Below, in pieces: positions 20,143 through 30,373 of a DNA stretch of 64,000 nucleotides; positions within the stretch are counted from its first letter, which is position 1, and each line of letters begins with the position of its first letter. Below the pieces are notes generated by a model. It was not told where the DNA came from. It worked only from the letters and a program-made list of their open reading frames with translations, and did no database searches. A program made the translations under genes and the position numbers. The stretch lies in NCBI GenBank assembly GCA_964343075.1, contig CAYFGT010000007.1, positions 4,318 through 68,317 on the forward strand, read 5' to 3'. The stretch comes from an uncultured Dehalococcoidia bacterium. Lineage in GTDB: Bacteria > Chloroflexota > Dehalococcoidia > Lucifugimonadales > UBA3495.

Positions 20143-21024
20143 GTGAAATTTGCATTTTATCCTGGATGCGTGTCTAGAGGCGGATGTCCAGAACTATATA
20201 CAGCAGCCAATTTGGTATGTGACAAACTCGGAATCGAATTAGAAGAGATGCCAGGAGCATCCTGTACAGGTGCTGGCGTTTTGCAAGAGAAGAACCGTTT
20301 ACTCGGTGATATATTGAACGCTCGGACGTTCGCTATGGCTGAAAAAATAGGTTCTCCTATCATGACCATATGCAGTACATGCCAAGGAGTGATGGCTCAA
20401 GCTCGGCATCGAATGAGTACAGATGCGGCTTACCTTGAAGAAATTAATAGTCATCTTGCCGATGAGGATTTGCATTTTTCTGGTGACATTGAGATTAAAC
20501 ATTTATTATGGGTATTGATTGAAGACTATGGACTGGAAAAACTGTTGCCTTTAATTACTAAACCTCTTAAAGGTATTAGATTGTCTCCTTTTTATGGGTG
20601 CTATATAGTAAGGCCAACAGAAGCATTGCAAACTGATGATAACCCGGCTAGGAAAGTCGCTTTGGAAACACTAATTGAAGCTTTGGGAGCTACGCTAGTG
20701 GATTTTGAAGGGAAAACTAGATGTTGTGGGTTCCCTATCCTGACAATTAATGCTAAAAATTCTATGGCTATGGTTGCTAAGCACACAAGTGATGTGAAAG
20801 ATCTTGGCTCAGATGCGATGGTAACGCCATGCCCTTTGTGCCATCTTAATCTAGATGGATTTCAACCTAAGGCAGCCTCTCAAGCGGGGAGATCTATCGA
20901 CATGCCCATTATCCATCTTCCGCAAATGATAGGTATGGCTTTGGGCATTGCTCCCAAAGACTTGGGTATGAAACGGCATATTGTTAGTACTCAGAAGCTA
21001 GAACTGAAGTTACAAGAGGCGTAG
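20143..21024 (+). CDS. CCG-domain (HdrB-like) membrane-anchor subunit of type E succinate dehydrogenase
   Basis: FYPGC...SCTG...CSTC and FYGC...RCCG...PCPLC duplicated CCG domains; directly follows sdhB; no transmembrane SdhC/D present. Confidence 0.88.
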   Translation: MKFAFYPGCVSRGGCPELYTAANLVCDKLGIELEEMPGASCTGAGVLQEKNRLLGDILNARTFAMAEKIGSPIMTICSTCQGVMAQARHRMSTDAAYLEEINSHLADEDLHFSGDIEIKHLLWVLIEDYGLEKLLPLITKPLKGIRLSPFYGCYIVRPTEALQTDDNPARKVALETLIEALGATLVDFEGKTRCCGFPILTINAKNSMAMVAKHTSDVKDLGSDAMVTPCPLCHLNLDGFQPKAASQAGRSIDMPIIHLPQMIGMALGIAPKDLGMKRHIVSTQKLELKLQEA

Positions 21025-21031
21025 GAGTTTA

Positions 21032-22342
21032 TTACAAAGATCTTGCTATTTGCGCAAGTGTGGCATCTATTGCTTCTTTGGTAGCATCGATATCTTCTTG
21101 CGAATGAGCTGCAGAAGGATAAAATTTCTGAGGCCATGCTTTTAATATTCCTTTGTCTAGTAACCCCGAATTGAATTGGGCGTGTAGTTGAGAATTAGTT
21201 GATAGGCCATCACGGTAATTGTTTACTTCTCTATCTGTAAAAAACAAGCCAAAGATTTGGTTCTCTCCGCAAACTTGGATAGGGATATCGTATCTTTCAG
21301 AAGATTCTTTTATGAAATCACGGATTTCTTTCCCTGTATTGTTAATACGGGTATAATTCTCTGTATTTTGTAGTTCAGTTAATGTTGCTATTCCAGCCGC
21401 GCATGCAATAGGGTTGCCATTCAGTGTTCCTGTTTGTGGAACAAAGCCGTCATTGTCAGATGACAACTCATAGGAGGACATGATATCAGCTGTCCCTGTT
21501 ACCGCTGCAAGAGGGTAACCTCCACCCATGATTTTTCCAACACAGGCGAGGTCTGGAGTCACCCCGTAATACTGCTGGGCTCCTCCATAAGATAAACGGA
21601 ATCCTGTTACTACTTCATCAAATATTAGAGGGATTCCATGTTTCTTGGTGATGTCTCTTAATCCTTGTAAGAATCCAGGTTGAGGTGCAATAACTCTCTG
21701 TAAAGGCTCTACTATGACAGCTGCTATGTCATCTTTGTGAGCTTCTATGATCTGGGTCGTTGTTTGTAAATCATTAAATGGTGCCGCAAGAACTAGGTCG
21801 GAGATGGCTTTAGGTATTCCTGAGCTGTTTGCTTGTGTCTGAGGATACTCTATTGATGCATTAGGGGTTACGCTCATCATGGCGTAATCGCTACTGCCGT
21901 GGTAACCACCTTCAAATTTGAGGATTTTCTCTTTTCTCGTGAATGCTCTGCATACCCGCATAGCTTGGAAAGTTGCATCGGTACCACTCACGGTAAATCG
22001 GACTTGTTCCGCGCAAGGTATTGCATTGCAAAGTAATTCGGCTAGTTCCACTGCTTTTTCATGGGTTGCGAAAAAAGTGCTTCCGTCTTCGACTGCTTTG
22101 ATTACAGCTTCGATCACACTAGGGAAAGCGTGCCCCAGGACCATCGGACCTGAACCCATCAACCAATCTATATATTCGTTTCCGCTGACATCCCATATTT
22201 TAGATCCGAGACCTTTCTGAACTAGAAAGGTTTGGTGGTCACCAACCTTGAAATTACCGTTCGTACCGTCAGGTAGGAATTGGTTGGCTTTGCCTAATAA
22301 TTCAGATTCTACGCGGGTAGTGATTTTAGAATAATTTGTCAT
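21032..22342 (-). CDS. class III PLP aminotransferase, glutamate-1-semialdehyde aminomutase-like
   Basis: WDVSGNEYID, SGTDAT, KFEGGYHG, LIFDEVVTGFR, GKIMGGG, GTLNGNP. Lacks the HemL GGVNS motif, so likely a paralog. Confidence 0.85.
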   Translation of the reverse strand: MTNYSKITTRVESELLGKANQFLPDGTNGNFKVGDHQTFLVQKGLGSKIWDVSGNEYIDWLMGSGPMVLGHAFPSVIEAVIKAVEDGSTFFATHEKAVELAELLCNAIPCAEQVRFTVSGTDATFQAMRVCRAFTRKEKILKFEGGYHGSSDYAMMSVTPNASIEYPQTQANSSGIPKAISDLVLAAPFNDLQTTTQIIEAHKDDIAAVIVEPLQRVIAPQPGFLQGLRDITKKHGIPLIFDEVVTGFRLSYGGAQQYYGVTPDLACVGKIMGGGYPLAAVTGTADIMSSYELSSDNDGFVPQTGTLNGNPIACAAGIATLTELQNTENYTRINNTGKEIRDFIKESSERYDIPIQVCGENQIFGLFFTDREVNNYRDGLSTNSQLHAQFNSGLLDKGILKAWPQKFYPSAAHSQEDIDATKEAIDATLAQIARSL

Positions 22343-22345
22343 AAG

Positions 22346-23278
22346 CTAACTATTTTTCTCCATTACTTCTACTAGTTCTTTGACACTAGCTATAGAATTA
22401 TCCAACGCCTGTTTCTCTTCTGGGAGAAGTTCGATTTCCATTACTTGTTCAACGCCATTTGATCCAATTTTAACAGGGACTCCCACGCACAGCCCATCAA
22501 CGCCATATTCTCCTTCGAGGGATACGCAGGCGGGTAATATTCTTTTTTTGTCAAGTAGTATTGACTCCACCATTTGAACTATTGATGCGGAAGGAGCGTA
22601 AAATGCGCTACCGGTCTTCAGCAAACCTACAATCTCGGCGCCTCCGTCACGAGTCCTTTGGACTAGAGATTCTATTGTTTTAGAATCGAGTAATTCCGAA
22701 ATTGGGATACCTCCTATAGTGGTGTATCTGACTAGAGGGACCATATCGTCACCATGTCCGCCAAGTACGTATGCTTGGACATCTTCAACTGATACATCTA
22801 GTTCTTGCGCAATGAAAGTTCTAAATCGTGCTGTATCTAGTACTCCGGCCATACCTAGTACTCGGTTTCTAGGGAAGCCACTGACTTTGAGTATATTATG
22901 AACCATAGCATCTAAAGGGTTTGTTACAGGCATTAATATGCAGTTAGGAGAGTATTTAACTATTTCTTCTGTCACAGCCCCAGTGATCTTCATGTTTGTC
23001 AAAAGGAGATCATCTCTACTCATGCCTGGTTTTCGTGCTATGCCAGCTGTGATTACTACCACATCTGAATCAGCAGTTTCTGCATAGCTATTCGCTCCTG
23101 TAATTGTTCCGTCAGATCCAATGACTGGTCCTGATTCTGCCATGTCTAGAGACTTACCCTGAGGCAAATCTTCTACAACATCTACTAGTACAACATCAGC
23201 ATATCCCAACTGATGCAATCTTTGAGCTGCAGTTGCTCCTACGTTCCCTGCTCCGACTACCGTTACTTTGTGTCTCAT
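22346..23278 (-). CDS. mdh: malate dehydrogenase (LDH-like)
   Basis: [41 protein letters not shown]. Confidence 0.96.
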   Translation of the reverse strand: MRHKVTVVGAGNVGATAAQRLHQLGYADVVLVDVVEDLPQGKSLDMAESGPVIGSDGTITGANSYAETADSDVVVITAGIARKPGMSRDDLLLTNMKITGAVTEEIVKYSPNCILMPVTNPLDAMVHNILKVSGFPRNRVLGMAGVLDTARFRTFIAQELDVSVEDVQAYVLGGHGDDMVPLVRYTTIGGIPISELLDSKTIESLVQRTRDGGAEIVGLLKTGSAFYAPSASIVQMVESILLDKKRILPACVSLEGEYGVDGLCVGVPVKIGSNGVEQVMEIELLPEEKQALDNSIASVKELVEVMEKNS

Positions 23279-23309
23279 TTGGTTGTTCTCCTGATTGTAT
23301 TACTACTAT

Positions 23310-25538
23310 TTATATTTGGTCTATGATTGTATTGAAAGTGTTACTGGGTCTCATGGCTTGGGAGGTTAGTTCATCATTGGGGAGATAATAGCCCCCTATG
23401 TCTACTGGATTTCCCTGGACTTCTATTAATTCCTGGACAATTTTATCTTCATTATCTGTAATTTCTTTGGAGACTTTACTGAATATTGATTGTAATTCAG
23501 GATCGTCTGTTTGATTGGATAACGCTTGGGCCCAATATAATGCTAGATAAAAATGGCTTCCTCTGGTATCGAGTTCGTTAACTCTTCGAGACGGTTGTCG
23601 TCTGTACTCCATGTGGTCACCAATAGCTTGGTCTAGCGTATCGGCTAACACTTGGGCTCGGTTATTTTTGTGAACTGCAGCATAGTGTTCGAACGATGCT
23701 ACCAATGCACAAAACTCTCCCAAAGAATCCCATCGTAAGTGACCTTCTTCAACAAATTGTTGGACATGCCTAGGAGCTGATCCTCCAGCACCAGTCTCAA
23801 AGAGACCACCTCCAGCTAGAAGAGGTACTACTGAAAGCATCTTTGCGCTAGTTCCTAATTCGAGTATCGGGAAAAGGTCTGTTAAGTAGTCCCGTAAAAC
23901 ATTACCTGTTACAGAAATTGTATCTTGGTCGTTCCTACTTCGGACAAGAGTATAATTCATAGCGTCTACAGGAGACATGATTTGAACTTCAAGTCCGCTA
24001 GTGTCATGGTTCGGTAGATATTTATTAACTTTCTTGATTACTTCTGAGTCATGAGGTCGGTCATCATCTAACCAAAAAATAGCTGGCGCTCCAGTAATCC
24101 TAGCACGGTTCACTGCTAGCTTAACCCAGTCTTCGATTGGTGCGTCTTTAGTTTGGCACATTCTGAATATGTCTTCTCGTTCAACTTTTTGCTCCATGAG
24201 GACTGTTCCTGTGTCATCTTTAACCCGAATTATGCCATCGCCTGGGGCTTTGAACGTTTTGTTGTGAGACCCGTACTCTTCTGCTTGAGCCGCCATCAAG
24301 CCAACATTTGAAACGCTTCCTAATGTTGCTGGATCGAATGCTCCATTTTTCTGACAGTCTTCTATCACTGCTTGATAAATTGGGGCGTAAGACCGGTCAG
24401 GTATCATAGCAATAGTGTCGTGCAATTCATTGTCAGGACCCCACATACGTCCTCCATCCCGAACGATGACTGGCATGGTTGCGTCTATAATCATATCGCT
24501 TGGTACGTGTAGGTTTGTTATTCCGCGACTTGAGTTCACCATTCCTAGTTCAGGTCTGACCTTATAGGTATTCTCAATATCTGCCTCAATTTCTTTGCGT
24601 TGTTCATCAGGCAATTCTTGGATTTTGGTGTACAATTCAGCGATCCCATTATCAGGGTCTACTCCAAGCTTATTGAACACTGTGGCATGTTTTTCTAAAA
24701 CATCTTTGTAATAAACAGATACGCAATGTCCGAAGATAATTGGATCGGAAACTCTCATCATTGTGGATTTTATGTGCAGAGAAAGTAGGACATTGTTAGC
24801 TTTAGCATTATCCATTTCATTTGCGTAGAAGTCCCTCAATGCAGACACGCTCATCGTTGAACAATCAACGATTTCATTGGCTACCAATGCAACGTCATTT
24901 TTAAGGGTTACTCTCTCTCCGTCTAGTGATTCGAATTCGATTGTTCCTATGCCTGACTGTGAAATAGTTATTGATTTCTCGCTACCAAAAAAGTCACCTT
25001 CAGTCATATGGCCGACACGAGTATGTGAGACATCTGGCCAGTCTTGCATCATTTGATGGGGGTTACGCTTCCCATGTTGTTTTACTGCAGTTGATGATCT
25101 CCGGTCAGAGTTTCCTTCTCGTAAAACAGGGTTCACGGCACTGCCTAATACTTTGGAATACCCATTGAAAATAGCTCGTTCCTCGTCATTTTGAGGTTCA
25201 TCTGGATAATTGGGAACATCGTACCCTTTATTTTGAAGTTCTTGGATCGCACCTTTCAATTGAGGAATCGATGCGCTAATGTTAGGCAGTTTGATGATGT
25301 TAGCTACGGGGTCGAAACAAAGTTCTCCGGCCATGGTTAAATAGTCTGGAATTCTTTGTTCCTCGGTCAGTTTCTCCGGAAAGTTAGCAAGAATCCTTCC
25401 TGTCAAAGAGATGTCCCAGTTTTGTAGTTCGATACCTGCATGTTTAGTGAATGCTTGTACTATAGGTAGTAAAGAGTATGTCCCTAAAGCTGGAGCTTCG
25501 TCTGTTTGGGTATAAATAATAGCGGATGTATTTGCCAT
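23310..25538 (-). CDS. icd: monomeric NADP-dependent isocitrate dehydrogenase
   Basis: 742 aa; YTQTDEAPAL, KLPNISAS, SAVNPVLREGNSDRR, GNVLRDYLTDLFPILELGTSAKMLS, FETGAGGSAP.H. Confidence 0.96.
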   Translation of the reverse strand: MANTSAIIYTQTDEAPALGTYSLLPIVQAFTKHAGIELQNWDISLTGRILANFPEKLTEEQRIPDYLTMAGELCFDPVANIIKLPNISASIPQLKGAIQELQNKGYDVPNYPDEPQNDEERAIFNGYSKVLGSAVNPVLREGNSDRRSSTAVKQHGKRNPHQMMQDWPDVSHTRVGHMTEGDFFGSEKSITISQSGIGTIEFESLDGERVTLKNDVALVANEIVDCSTMSVSALRDFYANEMDNAKANNVLLSLHIKSTMMRVSDPIIFGHCVSVYYKDVLEKHATVFNKLGVDPDNGIAELYTKIQELPDEQRKEIEADIENTYKVRPELGMVNSSRGITNLHVPSDMIIDATMPVIVRDGGRMWGPDNELHDTIAMIPDRSYAPIYQAVIEDCQKNGAFDPATLGSVSNVGLMAAQAEEYGSHNKTFKAPGDGIIRVKDDTGTVLMEQKVEREDIFRMCQTKDAPIEDWVKLAVNRARITGAPAIFWLDDDRPHDSEVIKKVNKYLPNHDTSGLEVQIMSPVDAMNYTLVRSRNDQDTISVTGNVLRDYLTDLFPILELGTSAKMLSVVPLLAGGGLFETGAGGSAPRHVQQFVEEGHLRWDSLGEFCALVASFEHYAAVHKNNRAQVLADTLDQAIGDHMEYRRQPSRRVNELDTRGSHFYLALYWAQALSNQTDDPELQSIFSKVSKEITDNEDKIVQELIEVQGNPVDIGGYYLPNDELTSQAMRPSNTFNTIIDQI

Positions 25539-25603
25539 TGGTATTCTCCTAAAAACTCTAAGTTAATGAATAATTTTGAACCTTTACAGGAACCATTCTT
25601 TTG

Positions 25604-25631
25604 CGTCTGCTCATTATACAACTGGCAGACG
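25604..25631. promoter_or_regulatory. inverted repeat enclosing a minus-strand TATAAT upstream of icd
   Basis: CGTCTGC-N14-GCAGACG; ATTATA at 25613-25618 reads TATAAT on the minus strand. Confidence 0.4.
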
Positions 25632-25645
25632 ACAATCTCCACTGC

Positions 25646-27685
25646 TTATTTTGAGGTTCGCTGACGGATTTGCTTCGCAAGAGTATCCGAGTCGTTGGCA
25701 GGCTCGTTACAAGCATAGTTTTCACACATATATGCGGTTGCGTTCCCCGCAATTCGTTGCTTACCTTCCATAATTGGCAATTCAGGCATGTCAGAAGTTT
25801 CTCCAACTATAACCTTGTTTGGCATGTAACTCTTGTGGATTATGGATAGAAAATCTTTTACGTAGTTGTCTCCAATCTCTCCTGTAATTGCAAATTCTTG
25901 TCCGCTATTCAGATACATATCCAGGGCAGATAACCATGTACCAGCTGCTGAAGGAGCACGCATCAATATGGGAGCAACACTCCTTAAAGATTTCTCAGCT
26001 ATCATAGAATATTTTGAATCTCCCGTGATTTTAGATAGCTTGAGTAATAATTTAGTAGCTGCTGATGCTCCACAGGGTTGTGCATTGTCGAAGACTGTAC
26101 GAGGTCTTGTGATAATGATAGGTTCATTATCGGAAGTATCATAGAAACAACTGTTTTGATCGTCCCAGAAAAGTGTGCATAGTTTATCGGACAGAGCGAT
26201 TGACGTTGTTAGATACTTCTGGTCCAAAGTAGATTCGTACAATGTTAACAAAGCGTCAGAGAATAAAGAGTAATCTTCTAGATTTCCATTAATCTTAGAG
26301 GTTCCATTTCGCCATATTCGAGTTAATACCCCATCTGCAGATAAGAGATTGGACAAAATAAAATCAGCATTTTTTACTGCAGTTTGTAAGTATTCGTCAT
26401 TGTTTAGGACTACAGCTGCTTGGGCTAATGATTTCAACATCATGGCATTCCAAGCCAATATGATTTTGTCGTCTTTGAAGGGGGGTACTCTTTTGTATCT
26501 CTCTCCTAGTAATATGTCATTCAAGATAGTGATTTGTTCAGGGTCGGGAGCTGATTTAGGCTGCGAGCTTAGTTTTTTATCGGGCCTACTCAGGATGTTG
26601 TGACCTTCGAAGTTTCCTGATTTTGTGATTGAATAGTTTGTTAGAGCTATTTCAAATAAATCAGCGGGCAAGATGTTCTGTATCTCATCATGCCCCCATA
26701 CAAAATATTTTCCTTCTATACCTTCACTATCCGCATCTTGCGACGAAAAAAATCCTCCATCAGGATGGGTCATGTCGCGGATTATATATTCGATTGTTTG
26801 TTGAACAACCATGTTGTACTCGGAGTTACCAGTGATTATATAGGCGTTTAAGTATGAAGATATTAATAGGGCGTTGTCATATAACATTTTTTCAAAATGA
26901 GGGACCAGCCAGTAGGAATCCGTTGAATACCGATGAAACCCTCCACCGATTTGGTCGTAAATACCGCCATACATCATACAGTCTAGAGTTTTTGTTGCTA
27001 AGTCTAATGATTTTGAGTCGAGGTATTGATTATGGTATTGCAACAGAAAATCAAGAGTCATAGGTTGGGGAAACTTGGGAGAAGTACCAAACCCTCCATT
27101 TTGATAGTCGAAATTTTTACTCAGGGTGGAAACAGCACTCGTTAAAATATCTTCAGTCAATAAAGATTCTTGTGTTACCAGCGACATATTATGACGCAAC
27201 TGCGAAGTAACTTGATCGGATACTTTGGATATTTCTTCGGGTTTAGATGAATACGCTTCAGCTACTGAGGTTAGTACCACATCGAACCCAGGCATTCCAT
27301 GTCGGGCCTGAGGAGGAAAGTAAGTGCCTGAAAAAAAAGGCTTAAGTTCGGGAGTTAAAAACATTGTCATAGGCCATCCACCGCTGCCTGTCATCATTTG
27401 CACAGCTTCCATATATATAGAGTCCAAGTCCGGCCTTTCTTCTCTATCGACCTTAATATTTATAAATAATTTATTCATCAGGTCAGCTATTTGTTCATTT
27501 TCAAATGATTCCTTTTCCATCACATGGCACCAGTGACACGCAGAATAACCAATACTTAATAATATTGGTTTATTAAGAGATTTAGAAAGTTCAAGTGCTT
27601 CGTCACCCCACGGGTACCACTCTACGGGATTTTCTGAATGCTGCAGTAAGTATGGGCTGCTTTCGTTTTTTAATCTGTTAGACAT
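25646..27685 (-). CDS. YyaL/SSP411 family thioredoxin-domain (DUF255) protein
   Basis: [65 protein letters not shown]. Confidence 0.93.
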   Translation of the reverse strand: MSNRLKNESSPYLLQHSENPVEWYPWGDEALELSKSLNKPILLSIGYSACHWCHVMEKESFENEQIADLMNKLFINIKVDREERPDLDSIYMEAVQMMTGSGGWPMTMFLTPELKPFFSGTYFPPQARHGMPGFDVVLTSVAEAYSSKPEEISKVSDQVTSQLRHNMSLVTQESLLTEDILTSAVSTLSKNFDYQNGGFGTSPKFPQPMTLDFLLQYHNQYLDSKSLDLATKTLDCMMYGGIYDQIGGGFHRYSTDSYWLVPHFEKMLYDNALLISSYLNAYIITGNSEYNMVVQQTIEYIIRDMTHPDGGFFSSQDADSEGIEGKYFVWGHDEIQNILPADLFEIALTNYSITKSGNFEGHNILSRPDKKLSSQPKSAPDPEQITILNDILLGERYKRVPPFKDDKIILAWNAMMLKSLAQAAVVLNNDEYLQTAVKNADFILSNLLSADGVLTRIWRNGTSKINGNLEDYSLFSDALLTLYESTLDQKYLTTSIALSDKLCTLFWDDQNSCFYDTSDNEPIIITRPRTVFDNAQPCGASAATKLLLKLSKITGDSKYSMIAEKSLRSVAPILMRAPSAAGTWLSALDMYLNSGQEFAITGEIGDNYVKDFLSIIHKSYMPNKVIVGETSDMPELPIMEGKQRIAGNATAYMCENYACNEPANDSDTLAKQIRQRTSK

Positions 27686-27765
27686 GTGGTTTTAACCTTT
27701 GTGATTTTGTATAATTAATTATAGTACTCAAGTTTAAAACATATAGGAAGTGATAAGGTTAGATA

Positions 27766-28452
27766 TTGCGTAGCATTCTATTAGGTTCGATGGTAATAAT
27801 ATTGGTATTATCTTTGGCTTGTAGCAGCCAAGATAATTCACTAGAAAATAGTATAATCATTCCTGAAAACCAGTTTGTCGAACAACAGAAATCTAAGCCA
27901 GATCAACTTGATCCCGTCTCAAACATTTTCGAATCCTCAGGACAAATAACAGAATCCTCTCCTTTAACGCAAAGTCTCGTTCAGCCACAGATTGCAGTGG
28001 GTCAAACTTCTGCGAATACCCAAGGCTACACCCCCAAATTTGAAGGTCAATTTGAGTTTGAATTATCAACGGGGCTTCAGATTAATAATGAGGATGTTCT
28101 TACTGGGAGACCAGTTTTTATGTTGTCGGTTTCTGAATATTGAGGAACTTGCATGCGCGAGTTACGCGCTCTGGACCCGTTGTCTAAACAATATCCCCAA
28201 ATTGACATTTACATAATTTCCTTGGACAAGAGATCAGATCTACCTGAAATCCAGAAAAAGAATAATGATAAAGGACGGACTTTAACTTTTGTGAGCCCAT
28301 TAGGAGATTCTTTGAAGAGTCTTGGTATATTGAGCAGATCTAACAAAATAGCTTTTGATGAATCAGGCGACATAGTATACAGAGCATCTATGGGGAAAGG
28401 ATCCCCTGGGGACTGGGATTCATTATTTCAAGAATTGGTAAGCGAGTCTTAG
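27766..28452 (+). CDS. selenocysteine-containing thioredoxin-fold (TlpA/redoxin-like) lipoprotein with UxxC motif
   Basis: ORFs 27766..28143 and 28153..28452 are in the same frame, joined by TGA-GGA-ACT-TGC: ...GRPVFMLSVSEY-U-GTC-MRELRAL... at the redoxin CxxC position. N-terminal lipobox LSLAC; hairpin after the UGA; selA in the window. Confidence 0.85.
28155..28169 (+). promoter_or_regulatory. candidate bacterial SECIS hairpin
   Basis: GCGCG-AGTTA-CGCGC, a 5-bp all-GC stem starting 11 nt after the UGA (28141-28143), with G at loop position 2. Confidence 0.65.
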
Positions 28453-30248
28453 ATAGCTCTTTCTGTGACTGCTTCAAATACGAGTGTTTGGAATTCGGAT
28501 AACGGAATTGCTCCTAGATTTGAACCGTCCCTAAGCCTCACAGATACTGATTGAGATTCTTGTTCAGAGTCTCCTACAATTATCATGTAGGGGATTTTTT
28601 GCATCTGCGCATCTCGAATTTTTGCATTCATTCTATCTCGGCGACTATCCACTTCGATTCTAATACCATTTTCCCAAAGAGCTTTCTGGACTGACCATGC
28701 ATATTCTAGGTGCCGATCCGATATAGGAATGATAACCGTTTGTACAGGAGCTAGCCAAACAGGGAATGCCCCTGAATAATGCTCAATAAGTATGCCAATG
28801 AAACGTTCTATAGACCCCAATATAGCACGGTGGATCATATAAGGTTGTGTACGCTCTCCATTGTCATCCTGGAATACAAGGCTAAATCTTTCTGGCAAGT
28901 TGAAATCAAACTGAACGGTCGTACATTGCCAATCTCTGTCTAATGCGTCTTGTATGTTTAGATCTATCTTAGGTCCATAGAAAGCGCCACCACCGTCATC
29001 AATGGTGTATTGCAACCCACGTGATTCAATTGCTTTGCGCAAAGAATCCGTCGCGTGCTCCCACATGTTAGAGTCACCTACGTATTTTTCGGGTCTGGTT
29101 GATAAGGCTATGGTGTACTGCGAGAACCCAAACGCTTCTAGGAGTTCAAATGTTAAATCCAAAACTTTCCCGATTTCTTCCTCTATTTGGTCGGGCATGC
29201 AAAATATATGAGCATCATCTTGAGTAAACCCTCGAACTCGCATTAACCCGTGCAAGACTCCGCTGCGTTCGTACCTATAAACAGTGCCGAGTTCTGACAA
29301 TTTTAACGGTAATTCTCGGTAACTACGCAATGAAGACTTATACACCATGATATGGAAAGGACAATTCATTGGCTTTAAGTAGTATTCTTGTTCATCGATT
29401 TCCATTGGTGCATACATGTTCTCGTTATAGAATCCTAGGTGCCCACTGGTTTCCCAAAGATTCGCTCGACCAATATGTGGTGAATACACAGGCTGGTAAC
29501 CATGTTTTATATGTAGTTCTCTCCAATATTGTTCTACGATGGAGCGGAGAATGGAACCCTTAGGGTTCCATATGGTTAATCCTGGACCGATCTCATCATG
29601 CGTAGAAAATAGATCAAGTGCTCGCCCAAGAGTTCTGTGATCTCGTTTTTCTGCCTCTTCAAGCCTGGTTAAATGTTCGTCTAGGGCTTCTTGGCTCTCA
29701 AAAGCAGTTCCATATATCCTTTGCAGCATGGTATTGTTTTCATTCCCTCTCCAATATGCTCCGGCCACAGTTAGTAATTTGAATGCGGTTATGTCAGTTG
29801 TTGAATCTACGTGAGGCCCCTGACATAAATCTTCAAATGAGCCGTGAGAGTATGTAGATATTGGTTCGTTATCTGGAAGATTTTCTATTAGTTCTATTTT
29901 ATATGGTTGCTGCTCAAACTTGACTTCTGCTGAGTCTCTAGTAATAGTTGTTTTGTTGAATGAATAATTTCGTGAAATTATTTGTTTCATGCGTTTTTCA
30001 ATTTTCAAAAGATCGCTTGGAGTAAAAGGGGTTTCTAATTCAAAGTCGTAATAGAATCCGTCTTTTGTAGGGGGGCCAATACCAATTTTTGCGTCTGGGA
30101 ATAATTGCATGACTGCATCTGCCATCACATGTGCTGCGGAGTGCCGGATTCGCTGCCGTAAAATGGTAATCTGATCTGCTTCTTGCCCTAAAGGTTCAAA
30201 TTCAAGTGAACTATGGTCTAACATTATTCTACCTATAGCTAATATCAC
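28449..30248 (-). CDS. thrS: threonine--tRNA ligase
   Basis: RHSAAH, DLCQGPH, GAYWRG, RDHR, KPMNCP.H, RVRGFTQDDAH, FYGPKID, HRAILGS.ERF. True start may be slightly downstream. Confidence 0.97.
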   Translation of the reverse strand: MILAIGRIMLDHSSLEFEPLGQEADQITILRQRIRHSAAHVMADAVMQLFPDAKIGIGPPTKDGFYYDFELETPFTPSDLLKIEKRMKQIISRNYSFNKTTITRDSAEVKFEQQPYKIELIENLPDNEPISTYSHGSFEDLCQGPHVDSTTDITAFKLLTVAGAYWRGNENNTMLQRIYGTAFESQEALDEHLTRLEEAEKRDHRTLGRALDLFSTHDEIGPGLTIWNPKGSILRSIVEQYWRELHIKHGYQPVYSPHIGRANLWETSGHLGFYNENMYAPMEIDEQEYYLKPMNCPFHIMVYKSSLRSYRELPLKLSELGTVYRYERSGVLHGLMRVRGFTQDDAHIFCMPDQIEEEIGKVLDLTFELLEAFGFSQYTIALSTRPEKYVGDSNMWEHATDSLRKAIESRGLQYTIDDGGGAFYGPKIDLNIQDALDRDWQCTTVQFDFNLPERFSLVFQDDNGERTQPYMIHRAILGSIERFIGILIEHYSGAFPVWLAPVQTVIIPISDRHLEYAWSVQKALWENGIRIEVDSRRDRMNAKIRDAQMQKIPYMIIVGDSEQESQSVSVRLRDGSNLGAIPLSEFQTLVFEAVTERAI

Positions 30249-30373
30249 ATAGATTATACCTTACTATAGTTAGATATTCAGGCTTTAGGAGGCAAATATA
30301 TGATAGTTAATTTGTTTTATACACAACTATCCTATGATATGCTTAAACCCTAGTTTTTAGATGAGGTTTATCC

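Noticed and set aside
25558-25806. 82-aa ORF overlapping the yyaL 3' end
   Set aside because: Alternative-frame overlap with no SD or recognisable motif.
27766-28452. Pseudogene interpretation of the split redoxin
   Set aside because: The only interruption is a UGA at the first Cys position of CxxC, followed by a well-placed hairpin, with selA present; Sec recoding explains it better.
30249-30373. T-box leader upstream of thrS
   Set aside because: Only about 125 nt shared with the divergent prfB, and no T-box consensus or terminator is visible.
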